Shown: positions 16,232 to 23,130 of the stretch, in pieces
Position numbering within the stretch: position 1 is the first letter of the stretch
Layout of the letters: each line of letters begins with the position of its first letter
DNA from: an uncultured Erysipelotrichaceae bacterium
GTDB taxonomy: Bacteria > Bacillota_I > Bacilli_A > Erysipelotrichales > Erysipelotrichaceae
DNA length: 23,130 nucleotides
Reading direction: 5' to 3'
NCBI GenBank assembly: GCA_964401865.1
Contig: CAYNZZ010000017.1
Coordinates: 1 to 23,130, forward strand
Translations under genes and position numbers: made by a program
Notes under the pieces: generated by a model
Database searches by the model: none
What the model was told of the DNA's origin: nothing
Seen by the model: the letters and a program-made list of their open reading frames with translations, nothing else

Positions 16232-16428
16232 CAATTAAAAAGGTGTCACCCATGGGACGATTAAGTCGTGGTGCCACCCAATTTTATTCTTTTTGCGATA
16301 ACGAGCATGCCGTTGATAAACTAACGCTTATCAAAACTAGAAGATCCCAATTCGAAATTAAGCTTCCCATTGATTTCACCGTAGTTCAATGTCTCTTTTT
16401 TGAAAGTATATAATTTCTACTTCATCTT
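16232..16428 (-). promoter_or_regulatory. T-box riboswitch leader of trpS (tRNA-Trp)
   Basis: The - strand has AGAGA, distal-loop GGTGAAA, and CGAAU-UGG-GA (candidate UGG specifier at 16349-16347). It also has the T-box AATTGGGTGGCACCACG (16283-16267) and terminator GGTGGCACC...GGTGACACC plus TTTTT (16279-16237). Confidence 0.85.
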
Positions 16429-16435
16429 AACATAC

Positions 16436-16464
16436 ATATTAATCTATTTAGTTTTTAAGTTCAA
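16436..16464 (-). promoter_or_regulatory. Candidate sigma-A promoter of the trpS leader
   Basis: On the - strand, TTGAAC (16464-16459), 17-nt spacer, TAATAT (16441-16436). Confidence 0.45.
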
Positions 16465-16522
16465 TATTTTAACTTTAATTTTCATTATTTATGTTTATAA
16501 TATTTGTAAAGAGGTATTTATC

Positions 16523-16948
16523 ATGATAGTAATTTATACATCACCAGGATGCGCATCTTGTAGAAAAGTAAAAGCGTGGTTGAAGGAAAGAAATTTGCCA
16601 TATGTCGAAAAGAATATTTTTCAAGTGCTGCTTAACAAAACAGAGGTTAAGTATCTTTTAATGCGTTCTGAAAATGGTAGTGATGACATTATTTCGAAAA
16701 GGAGCAAAATCATTCAAGAAAACAACTATGATATAGATAATATGTCAACTAATGAATTGGTTGATTTTATTATTGAAAATCCATCTGTTTTGAGAAGACC
16801 TATTATTTTGAATGATAAGAATTTTCAAATTGGTTATGATTCCGAAGAAATAGATGCCTTTGTACCTGCTGAACTTAGAAAGATTGCTAAATGTGATAAA
16901 GATTGTCCACATTTTGAACATTGTGGAAAACTTAGAAATGAGTGTTAG
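16523..16948 (+). CDS. spx: Spx/ArsC-family redox-sensing transcriptional regulator with a Cys/His-rich C-terminal tail
   Basis: MIVIYTSPGCASCRKVKAWLKERNLPYVEKNIF...LRRPIILNDKNFQIGYDSEEIDAFVP aligns with B. subtilis Spx, including the CxxC at residues 10-13. SD AAAGAGG at 16508-16514. The tracked ORF start at 16400 is an unsupported upstream extension. Confidence 0.9.
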   Translation: MIVIYTSPGCASCRKVKAWLKERNLPYVEKNIFQVLLNKTEVKYLLMRSENGSDDIISKRSKIIQENNYDIDNMSTNELVDFIIENPSVLRRPIILNDKNFQIGYDSEEIDAFVPAELRKIAKCDKDCPHFEHCGKLRNEC

Positions 16949-16951
16949 TTT

Positions 16952-18106
16952 GTGAGTAAAGTTTTAGTTGGTTTATCAGGTGGAGTGGATTCTGCTGTTG
17001 CTGCATATTTATTAAAAGAGCATGGTTATGATGTTACCTGCTGTTTTATGCGTAATTGGGATTCGGCATTGAATAATGATACATTGGGCAACCCCACATT
17101 AAATGATGATATCTGCCCACAAGAAAAAGATTACAATGATGCATTGGCAGTCAGCGAAAAATTAGGCTTGCCTCTATTAAGAGTAGATTATATTGAAGAA
17201 TATTGGAATAATGTTTTTCAGAACTTTATTGATGAATATAAAAAGGGAAGAACACCGAATCCTGATATTTTATGCAACAAATATATTAAGTTTGATGCTT
17301 TTTTAAAATTTGCACTTGAACACGATTTTGACTATATAGCTACTGGTCATTATGTTAAAAAATCTAATATCAATGGAAAAGATTGCCTTTTAAAAGCAGT
17401 TGATACCAATAAAGATCAATCTTACTTTTTAGCACAGATTGCTTATTCAGCTTTAGAAAAGTCGATATTTCCGCTAGGGGATTTAACAAAACAGGAAGTT
17501 AGAAAAATTGCTCATGATTTAGATTTACCAGTTGCTGATAAGAAAGATTCAACGGGAGTCTGTTTTATTGGAGAACGCAATTTTAGAGAGTTTTTAAAGA
17601 ATTATATTCCAATGAAAGAAGGGAAGATTATCGATATCGAAACCAGAGAAGTCATTGGCAATCATCAAGGCGTTTATTACTATACGATAGGTCAGAGAAA
17701 AGGTTTTGGCGTTGGTGGCAATCATGGTCCATATTTTTGTGTAGGTAAAGATGTTTTTAAAAACGAATTATATTTGGCTAGTCAAGATGATAAAACTTGG
17801 CTATATTCTGATGCTTGTTTAGTTAACGGCTTTAATTTCCTTCACCATTTAGATAGTGATGAGTTTGATTGTGTGGCTAAATTCAGATACCGCCAAAAAG
17901 ATATTCCTGTTCATGTTAAATTTACTGATAAAGAGACTTGCTATATCACATCATATGGACTGATGAAAGCAACTACTGTTGGTCAACAAGCTGTTTTATA
18001 TTTAAATGACATCTGTATCGGTGGAGGAGTTATTGATAAAACTTTCTTAGAAGGAAAAGATAAAGATGAATTACTTAAAGAATCATTAGATAATGGAAGA
18101 AAATAA
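16952..18106 (+). CDS. mnmA: tRNA 2-thiouridine(34) synthase MnmA
   Basis: VLVGLSGGVDSAVAAYLLKEHGYDV (PP-loop), TPNPDILCNKYIKF, and DQSYFL. GTG start. Confidence 0.93.
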   Translation: MSKVLVGLSGGVDSAVAAYLLKEHGYDVTCCFMRNWDSALNNDTLGNPTLNDDICPQEKDYNDALAVSEKLGLPLLRVDYIEEYWNNVFQNFIDEYKKGRTPNPDILCNKYIKFDAFLKFALEHDFDYIATGHYVKKSNINGKDCLLKAVDTNKDQSYFLAQIAYSALEKSIFPLGDLTKQEVRKIAHDLDLPVADKKDSTGVCFIGERNFREFLKNYIPMKEGKIIDIETREVIGNHQGVYYYTIGQRKGFGVGGNHGPYFCVGKDVFKNELYLASQDDKTWLYSDACLVNGFNFLHHLDSDEFDCVAKFRYRQKDIPVHVKFTDKETCYITSYGLMKATTVGQQAVLYLNDICIGGGVIDKTFLEGKDKDELLKESLDNGRK

Positions 18107-20237
18107 ATTTGATGAATTATATGGCAGATTTACTCGTCTAATCTATTCTAATGGATTATATTCTGTTTATCGTTTCGAGGATAAACAAGAAGGAGCAATT
18201 ACTGTTACTGGATACATCGACGAAGAAATCGACATAAAAAGCGATTATTTTCTTTATGGTGAATTTATCAATCATCCAAAATTCGGCTTTCAATTTAATA
18301 TTTCTAGAATTAGCAGGTCCTTGCCAAATAGCTATGATGGAATTATTTCATACCTATCGAGTGATATTTTTAAAGGAATAGGTAAGAAAAAAGCGATGAA
18401 AATAGTTGAACATTTTAAAGATGATTGCTTGGCTATCTTAAAGAAAGATCCATATCGAATCGAAGAAGTAGAATTGAATGATAAAGATAAAGAAACAATT
18501 ATTGAAGTTTTCAAAACAGATATGTCCTATGAGGAGACTTTTTATTTTTTAACAACCATAGGTTTAAGTGCGTTAGAAATTAATTTGATAGTCAATAAAT
18601 ATAAGGATAATATCATCGAACTCATTAAAGAAAATCCATATCGACTTTATTTTGATATTAATGGCATCGGGTTTAAAAAAGCAGACGATATTGCTCGCAA
18701 ATTAAATATTGAAAATGATAATCCTTATCGTTTAGTGGCATTAATGTCTTTTGTGGCGTCAGATTTATCATTTAGAACCGGTAACACTTTTCACTACTAC
18801 AATGAACTTTTTAATCATTTTGTAAGATTTGAAAATCATTCTTTGTTTGATATCGCCATCGAAAAAGCAATTGAACAGGAAAAGATTTACTGTGTCAATG
18901 ATAGGTTTTATCATTTTAAAGAATATATTGCCGAAAGAGAAATCGCTAAATTCTTAATTGATTTAAATAATCAGGTTACTGATTTTGAGAGCGATGATTT
19001 ATTAAATGAGGAAATCGAAAGAATTGAAAATGAAGAGTCAATAGTTTACGACGATAAACAGTTTGAAGCTATTAGAGCTTTTTATAGTTACCCAGTATCA
19101 ATTATTATCGGTGGGCCAGGAACTGGTAAAACAACCATTGTAAAGGCAATGGTAAAAAGTATTAAGAAAATATTTCCTTTATATGAGCTGCATATTGTTG
19201 CACCGACTGGTCGAGCAGCAAAAAGAATAGGAGAATTATGTGATGTGAAAGCATCGACAATCCATTCACTTTTAAAGTGGGATAAAGAGAGTAATTCTTT
19301 TACACATGGCATTGATAATCCTTTGTTAATTGATATGTTGATTGTTGATGAGTTTTCAATGGTTGATAACTGGTTGTTCTATAAACTTATTTCTGCTTTA
19401 TATCATGTGAAGAAGATATGTATTATTGGCGATCACAACCAGCTTCCAAGCGTTGGTCCTGGTAACTTATTGCATGATTTGATTACTTCTGATCTATTTC
19501 ATGTTACACATTTAAATCACATTTTTAGACAGAGTGACGGAAGCGGAATAATCTCATTAGCTGATGATATTTTAAATAACGATGTTAATTTCAACCGTTA
19601 TCAAGATGATGTTTTATTTATCGATGATGTATCGATAAATGTTCAGAAAAGATTAGTTGAAATGATTAAAAATAATTTAAATAATGGTTATACACTTGAT
19701 GATATACAGGTCTTATCGCCAATGTATAAGGGAGCTATGGGCATTGATGCATCAAACTCTTTACTTCAGGATACCTTTAATCCTAAAAGTTCTTTTAAAA
19801 ATGAGTATCGTAGTAAATATCGTATTTTTAGGGAGAATGATAAGATACTGCAATTAAAGAATCAAAGTAGTGACGATATATTTAATGGCGATATTGGATT
19901 TATTCAAGCGATCGAGAAGAATTTGAATAAAAATATTATCATTGGGAGATTTGATGATAATTTTATTGAATATGATGAAAGTGAATTAAATAAGATTGCT
20001 CTAGCCTATTGTATATCGGTACATAAATCTCAAGGTAGTGAATATGATATCGTTTATTTCTTGGTATCTAATGAACATCAGATAATGATGTATAAGAAAC
20101 TCATTTACACCGCCATTTCCCGTGCTAGTCATAAGCTAATAATCGTGGGCAGCAAGGAAGCTTTTCTTAAAGGCATAAGTAAAGAAATCAAAAATAGACA
20201 GACTTCACTTATATTGTTTTTAAATCAGTATAGTTAA
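18093..20237 (+). CDS. recD2: RecD2-type ATP-dependent DNA helicase (RecD/TraA family, SF1B)
   Basis: 714 aa. N-terminal HhH region, Walker A GGPGTGKTT, DEFSMVD, GDHNQLPSVGPG, and a C-terminal SVHKSQGSEY...TAISRA. Overlaps mnmA by 14 nt. Confidence 0.9.
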   Translation: MEENKFDELYGRFTRLIYSNGLYSVYRFEDKQEGAITVTGYIDEEIDIKSDYFLYGEFINHPKFGFQFNISRISRSLPNSYDGIISYLSSDIFKGIGKKKAMKIVEHFKDDCLAILKKDPYRIEEVELNDKDKETIIEVFKTDMSYEETFYFLTTIGLSALEINLIVNKYKDNIIELIKENPYRLYFDINGIGFKKADDIARKLNIENDNPYRLVALMSFVASDLSFRTGNTFHYYNELFNHFVRFENHSLFDIAIEKAIEQEKIYCVNDRFYHFKEYIAEREIAKFLIDLNNQVTDFESDDLLNEEIERIENEESIVYDDKQFEAIRAFYSYPVSIIIGGPGTGKTTIVKAMVKSIKKIFPLYELHIVAPTGRAAKRIGELCDVKASTIHSLLKWDKESNSFTHGIDNPLLIDMLIVDEFSMVDNWLFYKLISALYHVKKICIIGDHNQLPSVGPGNLLHDLITSDLFHVTHLNHIFRQSDGSGIISLADDILNNDVNFNRYQDDVLFIDDVSINVQKRLVEMIKNNLNNGYTLDDIQVLSPMYKGAMGIDASNSLLQDTFNPKSSFKNEYRSKYRIFRENDKILQLKNQSSDDIFNGDIGFIQAIEKNLNKNIIIGRFDDNFIEYDESELNKIALAYCISVHKSQGSEYDIVYFLVSNEHQIMMYKKLIYTAISRASHKLIIVGSKEAFLKGISKEIKNRQTSLILFLNQYS

Positions 20238-20259
20238 TTATTATGTTTTAGGTGAAACT

Positions 20260-21204
20260 ATGGAAATTAAAATTGGATTAATAGGATTAGGAACAATAGC
20301 TGATAGAATCCCTAAAGGAATAATTTGTTCAGACAATGGAACTCTTTATGCTGTGGCGTCTAGAAGTTATGAGAAGGCAGTGACTTTTAAAGAAAAATAT
20401 CAGGCTAAAAAAGCTTATGGAAGTTATGAAGAGTTGTTAAATGATAAAGAGATTGATTTAGTTTACATTGCAACGATTAATCAAAGCCATTATGAATTAA
20501 TTAAAAAATGTGTGGATTATGGAAAACATATAATCTGTGAAAAACCCTTGGTTAAGAATTGTGAACAAACTAAGGAAGTTTATGCATATGCATTAAGTAA
20601 AAATATCTTTTTAATGGAAGCACAAAAAGCTTGTTTTACTGCTTTGACAAGAAAGATTATCGCGCTGATTGATAATGATTTAATTGGGAAAATTCAAACG
20701 ATTAATGCTTCTTATTGTACATACGCGAATCATCCAATTAAACACTGGGTGATGGATAGAGAATACGGAGGAGTTATGAAGGATATTGGTGTATATCCTT
20801 TGGCATACGCTAATTTAATCGCTAATTCTAAAATTAAAGATGTTAATGTGCCTTTGATAGAAAAAGTAGGTGAAACCGATGTTAAAGTTCGACTTATGAT
20901 CAAATATGTCAACGGAATTATCGCCAATATAGAGGCAAGTTTTAAAGATGAAATTCATAACTTTGCGATTATCTGCGGTACAAAGGGTAAAATAGTCGTT
21001 GAAAATTTTTGGAAAAATGACATTGCCAAATTGTTTATTGATAACGAAGTTTATGATATTAAAGTTGTTCAAGAATCGGAATTTCAAGCTGAAATCGATC
21101 ATGCTTGTATGTGTGTTGCAAATAATTTAAAAGAAGCTAAATATTATAGTCATTTTGATAGTATTGAGGTCGCTAGAATTGTCGATATCGTCAAAAATAG
21201 TTAA
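20260..21204 (+). CDS. Gfo/Idh/MocA-family NAD(P)-dependent oxidoreductase
   Basis: N-terminal Rossmann IGLIGLGTIADR and an EKP motif (ICEKPL), with a C-terminal alpha/beta domain. SD AGGTGA. Confidence 0.85.
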   Translation: MEIKIGLIGLGTIADRIPKGIICSDNGTLYAVASRSYEKAVTFKEKYQAKKAYGSYEELLNDKEIDLVYIATINQSHYELIKKCVDYGKHIICEKPLVKNCEQTKEVYAYALSKNIFLMEAQKACFTALTRKIIALIDNDLIGKIQTINASYCTYANHPIKHWVMDREYGGVMKDIGVYPLAYANLIANSKIKDVNVPLIEKVGETDVKVRLMIKYVNGIIANIEASFKDEIHNFAIICGTKGKIVVENFWKNDIAKLFIDNEVYDIKVVQESEFQAEIDHACMCVANNLKEAKYYSHFDSIEVARIVDIVKNS

Positions 21205-21228
21205 GTTATAATTGATTTATTATTGATA

Positions 21229-21257
21229 TTTACAAATTATTGATTGTTAGGTAAAAT
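21229..21257 (+). promoter_or_regulatory. Candidate sigma-A promoter of the alaS leader
   Basis: TTTACA (21229-21234), 17-nt spacer, TAAAAT (21252-21257). Confidence 0.5.
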
Positions 21258-21264
21258 GTTAAAG

Positions 21265-21455
21265 TACTTAAAAAAGATGAGTAATTTTGATTTTGTAGTA
21301 TAGAGAAAAGGTGGATGGTGAAAACCTTATGCAAATCGAAATGAAGCTACTTTTTAGTCTGGCTAATAACTAGCGTACATTCTGCGTTAAAGAATAATGA
21401 GTCATAAACAAAGGTGGTACCGCGCTGATTGCGCCCTTGGTAGCACCTTTTTATT
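21265..21455 (+). promoter_or_regulatory. T-box riboswitch leader of alaS (tRNA-Ala)
   Basis: GATGAG K-turn-like motif, AGAGA, distal-loop GGTGAAA, and specifier context GAA-GCU-A (GCT at 21346-21348). T-box AAAGGTGGTACCGCG at 21410-21424. Terminator GGTGGTACCGCGC...GCGCCCTTGGTAGCACC plus TTTTTATTTT. Confidence 0.9.
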
Positions 21456-21467
21456 TTAGGAGGGAAT

Positions 21468-23130
21468 ATGAAAGAACTTAAAGGAAATGAAGTAAGACAA
21501 ATGTTTTTGGATTATTTTGCATCTAAAGGACATATGATTGAACCTGGTGCAAGCTTAATTCCACTTAATGATCCAACTTTGCTATGGATTAATGCCGGTG
21601 TTGCCGCTTTGAAGAAATATTTTGATGGTCGCGAAAAACCACGCAATAATCGTATATGTAATGCACAAAAATCAATTCGTACTAATGATATCGAAAATGT
21701 CGGTAAGACCGCTAGACACCACACATTCTTTGAAATGTTAGGCAATTTTTCGATTGGCGATTATTTTAAGGAAGATGCTCTAAAATTTGCGTGGGAATTT
21801 TTGACAAGTGAAGAATGGATTGGTTTTGATCCTAAAAAATTATATGTAACTGTATATACTGATGACACCGAAGCATATCGTATTTGGACTGAAGAAATTA
21901 AAATTGATCCGAGTCATATTTTAAAGACATATGATAATTTCTGGCAAATTGGTGAAGGACCTAGTGGCCCAGATTCAGAGATTTTCTATGATCGGGGAGA
22001 AAAATATGATCCTCAACACTTGGGTGAAAAATTGTTTTTTGAAGAAATGGAAAACGATCGATATATTGAAGTTTGGAATGTAGTATTTTCACAATATGAT
22101 GCCAAAGAAGGTGTAGATAGAAAAGATTTCAAAGAATTACCACAGAAAAATATTGATACAGGAATGGGCTTAGAAAGACTTGTCGCTCTAATTCAAGATG
22201 GCGAAACAAATTTTGATACCGATTTATTCTTACCTATTATTCATGAAGTCGAAAAACTATCTAAGTATCCTTATGAAGGCGAATATAAAATGGCTTACCG
22301 AGTTATTGCTGATCATATTAGAACTGTTACTTTCGCATTATCTGATGGTGCCACATTCTCTAATGAAGGAAGAGGATATGTTCTTCGTCGTGTTTTAAGA
22401 AGAGCGATGCGTTATGCAAGAGTATTGGGTATTGAAAAGCCATTTATGTACAACTTAGTTGATACAGTATGCGACATTATGAAAGACTTCTACCCATACT
22501 TGTTAGATAAGAAAGAATTTGTTAAAAAACTTATCACGAAAGAAGAAGAAGCTTTCTTACAAACTTTAAATAATGGCGAAAAATTGCTTCAAAATGAAAT
22601 AGAAAAAGCTGAAAACGGTATTTTAAGTGGTGAAGTTATTTTTAAATTATATGATACTTATGGTTATCCAAAAGAAATCACTATCGAAGTTTGTGAAGAA
22701 AAAGGGTTGAAATGTGACATCGACGGTTTCAATGAATGCATGGAACGCCAAAGAAATATGGCAAGAAATTCTCGTGATGCACAAGAATCAATGCATAATC
22801 AAGCCAAGGATTTACTAGATTTAGATACTGAGTTTAAGTTTAGTGGTTATCATAATTTTGACGATAAAGGAATTGTGGTTGCTTTATTTAAAGATGGAAG
22901 GACTATTGACAAACTCGAAGATGAAGGCGATATAGTTTTAAATAATACATGTTTTTATGCTGAAAGTGGCGGGCAAGTAGCTGATACGGGAATTTTATTT
23001 AATGACGAAGTTTCTCTAGAAGTTAAAGATGTCAAAAAAGCTCCTAATGGTCAATTCCTACACCATGTAATCGTTAAAAAAGGTAGTGTAAAAGTAGGTC
23101 AAGAACTCAATGAACAAATCGCTGCTGAAC
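21468..23130 (+). CDS. alaS: alanine--tRNA ligase, N-terminal part (3' end lies outside the window)
   Basis: Own translation: MKELKGNEVRQMFLDYFASKGHMIEPGASLIPLNDPTLLWINAGVAALKKYF...HHTFFEMLGNFSIGDYFK...IDTGMGLERL. The frame stays open to the window end, so it is absent from the ORF track. SD AGGAGGG. Confidence 0.95.
   Translation, partial: MKELKGNEVRQMFLDYFASKGHMIEPGASLIPLNDPTLLWINAGVAALKKYFDGREKPRNNRICNAQKSIRTNDIENVGKTARHHTFFEMLGNFSIGDYFKEDALKFAWEFLTSEEWIGFDPKKLYVTVYTDDTEAYRIWTEEIKIDPSHILKTYDNFWQIGEGPSGPDSEIFYDRGEKYDPQHLGEKLFFEEMENDRYIEVWNVVFSQYDAKEGVDRKDFKELPQKNIDTGMGLERLVALIQDGETNFDTDLFLPIIHEVEKLSKYPYEGEYKMAYRVIADHIRTVTFALSDGATFSNEGRGYVLRRVLRRAMRYARVLGIEKPFMYNLVDTVCDIMKDFYPYLLDKKEFVKKLITKEEEAFLQTLNNGEKLLQNEIEKAENGILSGEVIFKLYDTYGYPKEITIEVCEEKGLKCDIDGFNECMERQRNMARNSRDAQESMHNQAKDLLDLDTEFKFSGYHNFDDKGIVVALFKDGRTIDKLEDEGDIVLNNTCFYAESGGQVADTGILFNDEVSLEVKDVKKAPNGQFLHHVIVKKGSVKVGQELNEQIAAE

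Noticed and set aside
16400-16522. 41-codon N-terminal extension of the spx ORF in the track (MKVYNFYFILTYILIY...)
   Set aside because: Homology to Spx starts at MIVIYTSPGC (ATG 16523), which has its own SD. The extension overlaps the trpS promoter and leader region and is just an AT-rich open frame.
1-23130. CRISPR arrays, rRNA or tRNA genes, integrase or transposase genes, recognisable defence-system genes
   Set aside because: By eye there are no regularly spaced direct repeats, no tRNA T-loop/acceptor patterns, and no ORF with recombinase or defence-type motifs. Apart from 2851-3581, the window is ordinary core genome.

Overview
AT-rich (about one-third GC by eye, not computed) Bacillota-type chromosomal segment, mostly housekeeping genes. 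In order: thrS (3' part), an ABC substrate-binding lipoprotein plus permease, a Nim/PNPOx-family protein, proS (-), guaB, rnhC (-), cvpA-mutS2-uvrC, a 53-aa membrane peptide, a short ComK-family protein, rmuC, a YitT-family membrane protein, trpS (-) with a T-box leader, spx, mnmA, recD2, a Gfo/Idh/MocA oxidoreductase, and alaS (5' part) with a T-box leader. RNase HIII, MutS2, Spx, ComK and two T-boxes point to Bacillota, possibly an Erysipelotrichia- or Mollicutes-related lineage. The only clearly accessory piece is a 731-bp element at 2851-3581. It has perfect 15-bp terminal inverted repeats, is flanked by an 8-bp direct repeat (ATATTTTA), and sits in what looks like the former shared terminator between the Nim/PNPOx gene and proS. 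It has no transposase but carries a small two-TM membrane protein gene with its own promoter and terminator. Secondary observations: the YitT-like gene is split across two frames at an (AT)7/T6 tract; Spx has a Cys/His-rich C-terminal tail; the ABC system has no ATPase gene in the window; an untracked 53-aa ORF is coupled to uvrC; no TGA stop codon is used. No CRISPR array, rRNA or tRNA gene was seen. All calls rest on reading the sequence and recalled family motifs. No database search was run.
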